The notes below the pieces were generated by a model. It was not told the DNA's origin and did not search any database. It was given only the letters and a program-made list of their open reading frames with translations. Below are positions 12,741 through 25,700 of a stretch of 64,000 nucleotides of DNA, in pieces. The stretch is taken from the NCBI RefSeq assembly GCF_964355755.1, contig NC_092672.1, forward strand, positions 14,260,001 to 14,324,000. The letters run 5' to 3'. The position numbers and the translations under genes are program-made. Within the stretch, counting starts at the first letter, position 1. Every line of letters starts with the position of its first letter. The DNA is from Antedon mediterranea (Eukaryota > Animalia > Echinodermata).

Positions 12741-15019
12741 TGATAAACATGTGCGAACTGAGTGCGTCAGACGGTCGAACCAATTTTCAGTTTAATAAAA
12801 CTATGTGGATTGTCAAAGAGGTAGTGGACATGTCGTTGGGGGTTCGCTGTAGTGGGGTTCGTTGTAAAAAGAGGGTTCGCCCGAACCAGGAAGAAACGCC
12901 TAGCTATGGGTTTCACCGTGAGTGTTATAGAAAGTTACAAATGCAAATTTCACATATTGTACACCTGTCCCTGAACTTCATCACTGGACTGTCAGAGGTA
13001 TCTAGCTGAGCATGATTATTATTATGAAACCAGCCATCTAATGTCATACAACATTTGGCTTCTTGTGCCAAATCTTTTTGTTTGCGTTTTCTTCCTTTCT
13101 CCTTACGAGGCATCTTGAGGAGAAGCGATGTCGAAAATAGCGCGCAAAAAGTTTGTTATGCGCACTCTGTAGTATTTGAAATGATCTATTTTTAGAAGTT
13201 GAACTAGTGATCATTATGTCACCTTCAATGCTCTTTGATCGGCTAACAATGACACTCAATTTCTATTTCTATTTTTGTTTTTGCTGTTCATGTAGCCTAT
13301 TCAGTGTGTGTACATACACACAAATATGTCACACGATTAAAATATTGAAACTCTAAAAAAAGGGCCCCTTTAAAATTTAGGGAGGCCCCGCACCCCGTGG
13401 ACCACCCCCTTGGATCCGCCCTTGGAAATGATAAAATGTTACCTCCCACTAGTCTAGTTTGCTCGGAAATGACACTCCCATGTACGTATCATGCAGCAAT
13501 CAGCAAAAATAATCATACTTTTTCTGCCACTAAACATAGTGACAAAACATTTTTTGCGTATGTTATGCTTGCTGATGCATGTTCTGTGTGGGAACCATCC
13601 ATTGTTTGATCGTTTTTCACACAGAGTCATCAGTGTTTTGTTTTTCATCACATGCATAGTCATTATTTTATTTTTATAAAAATGACATGCCGTTAAATTT
13701 GGACGGCGGGCGGGGACTGAAGTCTGTTTAGCCCCACCTGCCTAAATCCACGCACTGCAACATGTACTGTTGTCTTTGAACATGCACCATATAAAACTGT
13801 AACTCTAGCCATAATCTTTTCCTAGAGCTTATTGCTAAACCTTTTACTTAATATTTTATTTATATTGATATTTGACCTCTCCTGAATTATAATATTTGGT
13901 TTTTATACTAATTTTATATGTAGGCATATTTGTATATTGAATTAAACCTAAACATTTAAGTAGTAACACCAGAAAGATAGTGAATTCATCTTTCTCTTAA
14001 ACATGCCATAATACTGAGTAATGATATGCTTATTTTTACATTCGCAGTCTAGGAACATGTTGAACTTTAGCATTTAAGAATGAACTATGTGGAATGGAAA
14101 AAACATTTTAGACACTGTATTTCCATTAATCTTTCAATAATAATTATCTTTCCACATTTTCTATGAATTTGCATTGATATATATTAAAATATTAATACAC
14201 TAACAATAAATAATGATATCATTAATTAAAGTTTCATATTTTCCAGAAATCATTCTAAAATATATATGTTGATGAATGTTTTTCTTGATATTAGGTTTAA
14301 ATGTAGTGGAGCTTCCTATAGCTTGGTGGTTTAAACATTCTTGCCTTCCAATCACAAGGTCAGTGCTCCAATCCTGACCTAGTGCCAGAGTTGTAACTAA
14401 CTCCACTACCTAATCCTCAAACGAAACTTTGTTTTAAAAGCATGATAAATTATAAAATAGTTTATCCATCCTGTAATTGGCGAGTTGCTGGCTGTTGAAT
14501 GCGTATGAAATATAAAAAAAAACAATAATTGATGCTTTTTCGTCTTGGTTTAAGTTTTTCTGTTAACCTTCCTGTAAGTGGCGGATTTGTTTCTGCTGTT
14601 GTTTTGGTTTTAATTTTTTTAAATAAATATTTAGTAATAAATATGTTTGTATTCTGTAGAAAAATATTTGTTTACTCTGCATTGTTTACTCTCCATTGTT
14701 TTGTAGAGATTTGCACGTTGTGAAAATGCGGTATAGGTCAATCAGCTATCAATAATGTAGAGGGCAGCAAATACGATGGCCAATACATTATTGCCACATA
14801 AACATGAATAAGCATAAAAGCTTATCAACATTTTTAAAATAGTATATATATTTAAAAGTAAGAATAACTAAATATATAAGTGGGAGTTTGACAATCCTAA
14901 TCAAAATGTTTTATAAAGTTTGAACATGGAGGTGAATGTTTAGAGCCTATTGTAATTTAATCATTCTTTTTCTAGTCCATGAAAATTAAAAAGTTAACAG
15001 AAACCTTTGAAACAATCTA

Positions 15020-15165
15020 AGCTCTGTCTACACTATCAAACTAGTTGAAAATGTATGTGATGTGAGTGATATGCTCAAATATGGTAGTGATGTGACATCA
15101 TCATGTCCATAAATGGGCACATCACACTTTTTTGCCACACAAAGTTTGATAGTGTAGACAGGGCT
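15020..15165. mobile_element. Short palindromic MITE (Harbinger/Tourist-like)
   Basis: TIR AGCTCTGTCTACACTATCAAAC / GTTTGATAGTGTAGACAGGGCT with TA-containing flanks. Degraded copies at about 48160-48240 and 48270-48365. Confidence 0.75.
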
Positions 15166-15816
15166 TAAAGTCTAAAATTTGAATTCTGAGGAAGTTAGAT
15201 TGCACACAAGTTTGTACATCAAAACCATGGATAATACTGCACAGTAATATTAAATAGCCCTGGGCCTATAATAACATGGTTCTTATTTATTCAAAGATTT
15301 AATAAATATTATGACTAATATTATATATACATTTTAATTGTATTTTCAATTTTAATTTGAAAACTGGTAGGAATATATTTTTTTTAAACTGGCAACTAAA
15401 TCGGTAGGCTACTGCAGGGGCGTGTGCAGGATTTATTTTACGGAGGGCTCAAAACATAAATATTGAGTATTTTTTAAGCGTTTGACAGAAAATCATTAAA
15501 ATTGCATAACACCTTAAATTTCCCACTATGCAAATAATTGTTCATCCTTGCAAGTAGGAGGGCAGTAGACATGTACTGGTTTATTACATTCATGGTGCTA
15601 AATTTGTATGCCTTATTTAATTCTTTTTTTTTCAATTGTTAGTAGATAAACTGTATGCTTATTATGTTTATTTAGGGATTTTATGAGACAAGTATTTTTA
15701 CTTCTAATTGGATTCCTAATAAAAGTAGTACTATTTCCTTATATACGATTTTATTTACATTTTCTGTTTCGATGTTGATGACTTTCTTTTTCGAATAAAT
15801 GTTGAATTGATTGATT

Positions 15817-16243
15817 GAATTCAACTAGGGATTCTAAACTAACTGAGGCAATTGGTGGGGGATAGGAGATGCAGAGTGAATTCAACTAGGGATTCTAAAC
15901 TAAATGAGGCAATTGTTGGGGGATAGGAGATGCAGAGTGAATTCAACTAGGGATTCTAAACTAACTGAGGCAATTGTTGGGGGATAGGAGATGCAGAGTG
16001 AATTCAACTAGGGATTCTAAACTAAGTGAGGCAATTGTTGGGGGATAGGAGATGCAGAGTGAATTCAACTAGGGATTCTAAACTAACTGAGGCAATTGTT
16101 GGGGGATAGGAGATGCAGAGTGAATTCAACTAGGGATTCTAAACTAACTGAGGCAATTGGTGGGGGATAGGAGATGCAGAGTGAATTCAACTAGAGATTC
16201 TAAACTAACTGAGGCAATTGGTGGGGGATAGGAGATGCAGAGT
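15817..16243. repeat. 61-bp minisatellite, 7 copies
   Basis: Unit gaattcaactagggattctaaactaactgaggcaattg(g/t)tgggggataggagatgcagagt; 427 nt = 7 x 61. Confidence 0.97.
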
Positions 16244-16787
16244 ATATTAATGGTTATTAATTTAACAATGTTTATGGTTTTTTTAGCTTATCGGAAAATT
16301 GTTGACATCAGAATGATAAATAGAGGTTAAAAAAGAAAATTAATGAATTCCATAATTTGAAAGCTTTATATCTAATATTATGTTGTATAATTAGTTGGTT
16401 TTATTTGTAAGGTATAAAAATACTTGAAGCAATTCGTGTGATTACATTTGGAAGTATGTACAGTATTACAAAAAAAGCTTGAGGATTAAGTTTGGAAAAG
16501 ATGCAAGAAGAATGAGCATGAGACAGAGTGCCAAATAAATCATAATAGCCTTTTTCTCACCATTCCTTTAGGCAGTTATATTCAAGAGAACTGAATAGGT
16601 ATTTAGATACTCTGACTGGGCATGCTTAAACCCCAAAGCATGTCGAGAGAATAGTCTCTTGAGATGTGTATACACATAGTCTGTTCAACAAACAATTTAT
16701 TTGTTTGGCTGTCAACGTAGGCATTTATCATTGAATAATGTGTTTATCCTGGTGTGTATTGATGAAGAATTGTTTGATTAGTGGGTA

Positions 16788-17522
16788 TGTCACGATAAAT
16801 ATGGTCCGGGGCCAAAATCGGTCCGGCCGGACCAGTTTTGGCTCTAAAGTTGTGGCCAAAAGCAGTCCGCCACTGCCAAAATCGGTCTGGGCTTTTCTTC
16901 TGTCGATTTTAATTGAATTACTAGGCCTATGATGCTGTTTTAAGTTGTTTATGGCTAGAAAAATATCCCATGATATATATTAGTAAGTTATCTTGTCGGA
17001 TAAATACTATAAATAAATGTATTTTATCTAAAAACATGACTTAGGTGTTCACTCATATATTTATGATTTGTCTTTTTTTTCCCTCGGCCTATATTGAATA
17101 GTTGTTTTATAATAATTGTATTGAATTTATATATTGATTGATTAACCATAAATAATTAATAAATTAAATTGTTTTTAACATCATGGGGAAATGAATATGT
17201 TAGAAAAGAAAAATGGAAAACAGGCAGAGATACATTGTATACAAAAAGCAATTAGTACTGATGAGTTACTACTAATAATGATAATAAGAAAACAGGCTTA
17301 ATTTATAATATTAAAATAACAAATAAAACCCCGTAGTTTTCAATATAATGACTAATCATGGCCTTTTTTTTAATGATATATACATTATGACTCATTTTGC
17401 GCACCATATATTTGTAAGACCGGACCATATTTGGCGGCCAAAATTGGTCCGGCCGGACAGGTTTTGGCAGCCATAAATGGTCCCCCGGACTGATTTTGGC
17501 CCGGACTGATTTTGGTGTGACA
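16788..17522. mobile_element. Non-autonomous TIR element with TGT...ACA ends and a 4-bp TSD (Ginger-like)
   Basis: GGTA|TGTCAC ... GTGACA|GGTA. Imperfect subterminal inverted arrays of GGTCCGG/CCAAAAT around an AT-rich core. Confidence 0.7.
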
Positions 17523-19704
17523 GGTACGTTTGTCGGCGGCTGTACGACAAAAGATCTGGGAAATTATAAATTATCTAAATCAACTACAGAAGGAAAACTG
17601 AATCCCCAATCATAATCCCTATCCTCAAAACAATTATGTATTTAATACACAATAGGCCCTGCTTCGTATAAAATAGAGCATTTCATACTATATCTTAGGT
17701 TACACTAAATGTTTACTAGGCCTACTAAGGGGTGCAGTCAGCAGTGAAATCAAGGGGCTTCAGCCGATAATTGAGTTTTTTGCAAGCGAAGCGAGCAACA
17801 ATGGGTTTTGGCGTTCCAAGGCAATTAGATCATTTGAATCAGTTTACGCGCATACAAATATGACAACATTAAAAAAAAATCAACTCTCATTTTCATTACA
17901 GAACTTTTTTTATTCCTGCGAAATTATATTTGCTGCCCATAGCAATGTTTGCAGCAGCAGTACGGCACTTACCATCTATACATTGTTTGTTTAAATTTTA
18001 TTGATAAAATTGTGATTGACAATTCGTTTTTTTTCCCTCAATCCTCGGAACGATAGTAATGTGGTAACATTTTGATCAATCACATTGTTATATTTACACA
18101 TATTGCATTAAGTATCCTGTGATTAAACTTTCCAAAATATGTAAAGGGCAAGAAAGCATACATTATAGTTTACTGTAGTGGAAATGCAAAATTATTTTAT
18201 TTATATTTTTCTTAATTAAAAAAAACAAACAATTGTGTATATTGTAATAGTCATAAAAGGAAAATATGTATAATATTTCAACCAAATCTTTTTATTGAAG
18301 CTCCTGCTAATGGTGCATTTCCTTAATGTTTAATTAATCTTTTTTCCTTGAAGACGGCAGCCATTTATTCGAAGACTGTATTGGATGGCCGTAACATATC
18401 TTCATGCAAAGAACTCGTATGTTAAGGCAAGCTCAATATAAACTGCAAAACCATGTTTTGTGATCCTTTTCATTTCAAAACTGTTTTTTTATAGTAACAT
18501 ACTGTATTTTTTTCATTTTTATTACCTTGTTATTTTCAGTAGAAAAAGTAGTTTTTCACCTGAAAAAGTTAACCTCACTTTTTTTTTCATCCTTTTTATT
18601 TTGCATTTTTCTTCTACCACATGAATAGAAACATGTATATTATCTTTGATGTTCTCTGTTATCAAATTATAATGCTGTTATTATTATTATTATTACAGTT
18701 ATTAATAGTCATGTATTTTGTTGGTTTATTTCTGAAACAAAATAAATTATTGTATGTATGTCATTCTTTTCTGTACAAATTGTATACATCAGTTTAATAA
18801 TATTTTTACAGTACAATCAATCAATTTCACATGCTTTCTTAAAAATTTTTATCTTTCGATGTCATTTGTTAGTGGTATAAAAACATGAACCTTATTTAAT
18901 ATGCCTTTGAATTTACAGTAAGACCACAGCTTTATTGTCTTCAATCAATCTATAAGCATAATTTCTATAGAAAAAAAAATTACTTTATCTATTGAAATAA
19001 CTGTACAATTCTAAAATATTGCATTTATTTTGATCAACAGTAATTCAGTCACATCATATCTATAAATAAATTATGTTGTTATTATTTGTAGAAATTGTAC
19101 AACAAATTGTGGGTCTTTTTTAAAAATAATTATATTATGTAGAAAACAAGATGGCAAATAGCAGGCAATCTATTGATAATTGCTCATCAATGTGCAATTA
19201 ATTATATTTTTTGAATGCTACTATTGTTGGTATTGCTTGTTATTGCAGGTAGTATGGTATGGCCTGTATAAACTGTTTAATATACAACTGCAATATAAAC
19301 AATTTTATTTTATTTTTTTAACTTCTTTTAATTTATACAAATTGCCTATTTTTTTGTAGTTAACCATGGCAGTAGACCTCCATGAAGTGTTAGTCAATTT
19401 AAAAATCATTTCAATGTCGACATAATATCAACTAGAAATTTCATACATTTTTGAACATTTTAATATTAATTTTTTAATTGATAAAAAATATATTTTGACT
19501 ATTGCTGAAGATGCCTGTCGCTTTATCTGCCATTATAAAGCTTTCACAGTTAAAATCTCATCAATTTGAATATTAATCACTGTATATCCACCAATGGCTG
19601 ACTAGCACACAAATTCCATCCATAAAATTAATATTCACATCATTGTGAATTCCATCCCTTTCAATAATTTGGTACATCGCTGTGAAATTTTCTTTCTTCT
19701 GTAG

Positions 19705-22700
19705 ATGAGTAAGTACAAACGCACAGACTTTGAGAATGATGAGTTGTCAAACAACATGAACCAAGAGAACATGTCTGAAGGAACAGAGGAGATGAAAGAG
19801 GAGATTGGATTCCGTAATTTAAGCACAACCACTAAGCTAAAATCAAAACTCTGGACCAAGAAAGCATTAATATTAGGTTTAATTGGCATCTCTATTGTGC
19901 TTCTCTTCTGTGTGATTGGACTTGCAGTTCAACTTAGAAAAACAAAAACTAGTAAGTTGATTTTATTTATATGATTCTATTAACTGGCAGTTCTCTTTTG
20001 CAAGCTTACAACTTTGAATAATGTTAGTATATTGCAAATAATAGATACAGTAGTGATTAATAAGAGTGGATATAGAGAAAAAAAAAGTTGTCTAAGACAT
20101 TTTTTTTTCTAGACGCCCACAGATAGCATCTGAGACCTTTTGGCCGGTCAATTCTTGTCGTATAATTATCTGAATGTAGTGGATTTGAAAGCCTGTTTTC
20201 CTGTTGATCTAACATTATGGCAAGTTACGTTGAATTTTCAAATTGTTAAAGTTGAAAATAAATAACGGTAACGATGATGCCGGGCCACTAATATTTATAC
20301 ATTTTTATACGATTGTTAATAGTTCTTCTTCTTCTCTCGAGCATTGCTAGGACATGCGGACGTGAAGTGTTGCAAAACCAAGAAAATTGAAAAAGTTATG
20401 GGTTTTGATGTTTCAACCCAGCCTAGGACATGTTTTCGCTGATATCTCAATCTAGGCTTACACTATAAAGACAAACATTAATTAAATTGTTTTTATATTA
20501 TAATTTAGTTTGACTTGCACTTGTTATTTGGAAATATCAGACTTTAAAAGTGTACGAAAAAGGTGAAAAACATAGCCGAATTGTTAAAATGTAAGATTTT
20601 TCAGCGCGTACATTATTTCACAAACTATGATGACAAAAATTTGTGAACCATTTGATTGGTCAGTTTTAACGATCGTAACTTCAATGATTGAAGATTTTTG
20701 ACGATTTTTAATGTTGATTTTTATACTTTTATACCACAGTTAAAATGTTTTTTTTTTTTATTATTTTGCCATTTTATTATGAATTTTAAACTCTTTCTTA
20801 AACTAAATATCCAATGCATGTCCCAAAGTAATTATTAATAAGGTATGAAGCATTACACAAAATGAACAAACAGTCTATAAATAATGATCATTACAGTTCA
20901 ATTTGATGATATAAAAACAATTTGTGCAGTTGAACAACCGCAAGGGATGAGTTTGCACGTTTAATAGGTTATTTGAAAATAACTAGGTCATTTGATTCTA
21001 ATGAAACGTGTTCTGTAATGTCTGATTTCCACTTTCTTATGAGACCACAGTCTATCATTAAAATGATGTGAGATTAATGCTGTGTTGATCTTCACAAATC
21101 TCATGAGCTGATGATCAACTCACAGGTCATGCATGAGGTCCGTGAAGAACTTCTCAAGATTTGTGGGTGTACCCATGTCATGCAAGTTTTAATTAAATTT
21201 GCGCTTGATGCATGTGAACATCAATGTCAATTTAAATTTAGTTTATTTAAATCATTGTTTCCATAAAATGTTGAAATATTCACCGAATCCATATATATAG
21301 CATTTAATAAAAAAAATTTTCTATTTCTAAATCTTTTTCCAGATAAACATTGACTAGAATGTCTGGTTGAGGTTCCATACTTGATGAATTCATTTTATAG
21401 GATATGTTTATATTGTCCCTTTGAAAAAAAAATATTTAGAAAAAAAGAGGGTCATTTTGAAGTATCATAATAGTTATTAACTTTCACCAAAAATTATTTG
21501 GAAAAAAAATGATTTAACTGAAATACAAACGTTTTTTTGTTCAAAAAATAACTTTGACTTCCAGTCAAAGTTTTTGATCAAAACAGCTTGTTTGGCTACT
21601 CTGTATACAAAATCATAAAACTTCCTCGCGATCTCTAAATTATAGTTCTCCCTTATAATGTCTGTATCTGGATAACTAACATTACACTTTTATTTTGATA
21701 TTCCAAATGTATGGCAACATGCAGTAATTTTGTATGAGATTTCTATTAATGATTGATGCTTGTTTGATTGCATGTAGGGTATTGCTTGAGTCCAGCATGT
21801 ATTAGTGTTGCCAGCAGTGTCCTTAGTTCAATGGATCAATCTGTTGATCCCTGTCAGGATTTCTACACTTATTCTTGTGGAGGTTGGATTAAATCACATC
21901 CAATTCCTGATGGTTCAACAAGGTGGGGAACATTTGGTCACATTTGGGAGGAAAATCAACTGGTTTTAAAAAATGCTCTCGGTAAGTTAAAAAAAAAATT
22001 GTTTTTAATCAATGCCATAATAATGATTATAATTTATTTGTAACCTACACTTTTGAAACAGTTGGCACACTTCTTGAATGAAGGTGCGTCCAGAGTAAAT
22101 AAAAGGAAAGCAAAATTTAAAATGATAATATTCCAAGGAAACTTAAACTAAATTATGTACAAAATATAAAAGTAACAAAAGCAATACATAATTTAAAAAC
22201 AAAGATCTAAGCATTTCCAATTTTGCTCTTCCTTTCTTCTTCTCTTTCCTAAATTATATTTATGAATTTTTGTTATTATTGACTTTTTATATTTATATTT
22301 GAAAATTATTGCTTATTTGAATAAATCATATTATAATAAGTGCAAAATTAATAATTGTTTGCATTTATTTCATAATTTTTGGATAACTTTTCTCCATGCT
22401 TTAACAAACCAAGAGTCTATTTCATTATTGCATGACTGACTATCACTTTTTTCATTTTCAATTTTATTTTTTAGCTTTATCTTCCATGTAATAAAATCTC
22501 TCAACAGAAATGTTATGAATGAGTTTTAATTTCATAGAGTACTTCCACCTTGTATTTAAATAGAGGCAGAACCAGAAGTAACTCCAGGCCCAAACAATGC
22601 TCGCGAGAAAGCGCGTCAGTTGTACCAATCTTGTATGGATGAAAATAAAATTATAGAATCACTAGGAGGTACACCACTGAAAGACGTTCTTGACAGTGTA

Positions 22701-25700
22701 AGTTTTAACTAGTTCAATTAACTTTATTGGAGTTCTAAAAAAGCCTATATATATATGAAAGTATAGGCCTGCCATAGTGCATTTCATCAAATTAAAATTT
22801 TATGTATTTTTTTTTTATCATAATTTTTTTTCACCAGATTATGATCTGAACTGTAAGTATAATGAATGTTTATAATCAGATCTATCTTATATCTATCTGA
22901 TGTTTTGTAAGCATTTATATGTTTGGTTAAATATTCTTTTATTCATAATTCATTTTGCAGTAGGGTGATTCAAATGTCTGATGCTTTTGGTTGTGTTGGT
23001 TATGGGGTGGTAGGCAATGACCTTTAGTTGATTTTCATGAATAATTTCTTTAAGCATTAATCATAATTAACATTGCTCTATGTGATTTAATATGGGTATG
23101 TGGTTTTGCCATATCAATATGATTATGCACTTTGATTACATTGGTTGTGGTTATGATTGTGATGGCCACAGATATGCACCATTAAGTTCAAATGCTAGGG
23201 CTATACATTAATTATTAACAATATTGATTGAATGAGTTAGACAGAGGTATACAACAGATGGTTTTAGATTATTTTAAAATATGGAAAAAAGTGTATATCG
23301 ATTATGAAGAATTGCATAATTTTGATCCCAATTATAAAGTGATATACACTTCATAAAAAAAATAGTCGCACCCTTTTCGTAAGGTCGTGCATGCCTTGTG
23401 TTGTGGGCTGCAGTCCAGGCCTAGCTTTCGATATAGTCCTGGCTACTTTCCTGGCTGGCTGTTGTGGGCTGCAGTCCAGGCCTAGCTTTCGATATAGTCC
23501 TGGCTACTTTCCTGGCTGGCTGTTTCAAATTGATTTCTGGTTTGTTCTCCAAGTTTCCATCCGTTATTTTATTCTTTAATCATCTAAACTTAATGTAAGA
23601 TATATAGGGAATTAAACCTATGTAATAATTTAACTACCAAAGCAAAAACAACTTGTTGAAGCTGATGGTTAACGAAATCAAAACAACAACAATGGTGACA
23701 TCTTCCGGTGGGTGGTCATAACGCAATAAATAACCAAGCGCTGATTGGTTGAATTTCGTCTCTGTATATAAGATCATGATGATTAAAGTGCCCTCCGAGA
23801 GCTTGTTAATCAGAATTAACAGGATAAGCAAGATCTTCTTGCAGGTTCATATAGAACATCATGATAAAGAAACTCACGATAATTTCTGACTGTGAACCTA
23901 GCTAGTAATACACTTAAAATTGTATATTCTGATCTATAAATGCATGTTGAAAATGACTTAATAAATTATTATTAGCATTAAAGCATTAATTTACTACACA
24001 AAGTGAATAACCTAATTTGCGCATGCATATAATTCCATATAGTTGTTTTGGAGCATCTTTTATAACGTAAACTCTTAATTATTTGTTTCTTATAAAGTTC
24101 GCAGAAGTCAATTAATAGTATGATTGTGCACAGCATATTATTAATAAATGCTAAACTCTGTCTGAATGATTATTTGCAATGACATCACAATTTAATGTAT
24201 TAGGGAATTATAATATTAAAAGTATAAAGGAATGTTTGTATGATTCAGTACTGTAGTTTATACAAATCTGTTTGAATGATTAACAATATGGCTGCTCTTC
24301 AATATTTAGTGCCTTACATCAATGATTAACAATATGGCTGCTCTTCAATATTTAGTGCCTTACATCAATAATTAACAATATGGCTGCTCTTCAATATTTA
24401 GTGCCTTACATCAATAATTAACAATATGGCTGCTCTTCAATATTTAGTGCCTTACATCAATAATTTACTTTTTTTTTTCTAAAAAGGATACAAACCAAAA
24501 TTGATCACAAAACATTACATTAAAATAACAAATTTACACAAAAAATATAGATAAACAGCATGTTATTGGATGTTGAAAATGATACGTTTCAATAACAACC
24601 ATCATTGTACGCACAACAGAGATCAAATTGATATCCTACATTCAGCATTAATTCACCACCCTATCAATAGGAAATGTTTTAAAGTTATATAGTTTATAAA
24701 GTTTGTCTCAATCACATCTACATTGTGCTGGTGTTGCGAGTCAGAGGCATATCATAGGCAAGCAGCAGCCAATCTACTGTAGATTAGTTACCACAGGATA
24801 GGCTGTTGTGTTCACAACAAGTTAAATATATTTGCAGTTCAGTGCTGATGCAACCTTCCATTTTAATCAAACAATTTCTTACATTTTGTGGTGAATGCTA
24901 AATCTTTTTCTTACACAGCAATTTACTTTTTCTGACATACTTTTTGTGTGTAGTTAGGTGGTTGGACCTTACTTAAAGAGAAAGAGGACATTGATTTTAA
25001 CTTCAACAAGAACTTACAAGATATTGCCGTCATGTACGATTTGGATCTTATCTTGCCTTTCTTTGTTATGGAAGATGAAAAGAATTCAAAAGTTAACATT
25101 TTGCAGGTAAAATTTGTCAAAATCAAACATTTTTTTTAATTGGATAATCATTTAGAAATTTTTTTAAATTTTGTAAGAGGATAATGATGTGTTTTGTGCT
25201 TAGCTTACATAGCTATACTGATAATAGCCTATTCTCCTAGTATTCTAATAGTGATACTGTAACTTAAAAAGTAGAATATGCATTGAACATCTCCGTAAAT
25301 GGTGCAGAATTAACCACATCCTTAAATGGGGCCATCCCCACAAACCACCATCACCATTAGGTAAGCGCCACCCATAGACTACCAACATCATCATTGGTTT
25401 TTGTAATTTTATGCAAATTATTGTGCTGTGGCAATGGCTAAAAGATTGAAAATTATACTATGCACATATTATAAAAGATAATAAAATCAAGTGGACTGCT
25501 TCAACCATGTTGAAACTGTATCAAAAATCTTAGGGCTACTTTGTTAATTTCTACCTGGTTTTACTTTGTAAGAGGTTTGAATATTACTTCTACTTTTAAA
25601 CCAATGAGGTTAAAGAAATTGGAAACAACCTGATGATAACCTACAAAAATACAAACATTATGGTATCTTTGCTTACACCATCATGGCATTTATTGTTGTC

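Noticed and set aside
12740-13260. Short ORFs resembling DNA-transposon protein fragments (GFHRECYRK; MPRKEKGRKRKQK)
   Set aside because: Too short and on opposite strands, with no catalytic motif. The family cannot be assigned by eye.
19215-19256. MLLLLVLLVIA followed by G|GTAGT as an alternative signal-peptide exon for a secreted ECE
   Set aside because: Only 11-12 codons with an in-frame stop just upstream. Such runs arise easily in T-rich intron sequence.
1-19704. Upstream methyltransferase exons as in the vertebrate EEF1AKMT4-ECE2 read-through
   Set aside because: No SAM-binding motif or matching exons were recognised in this interval.
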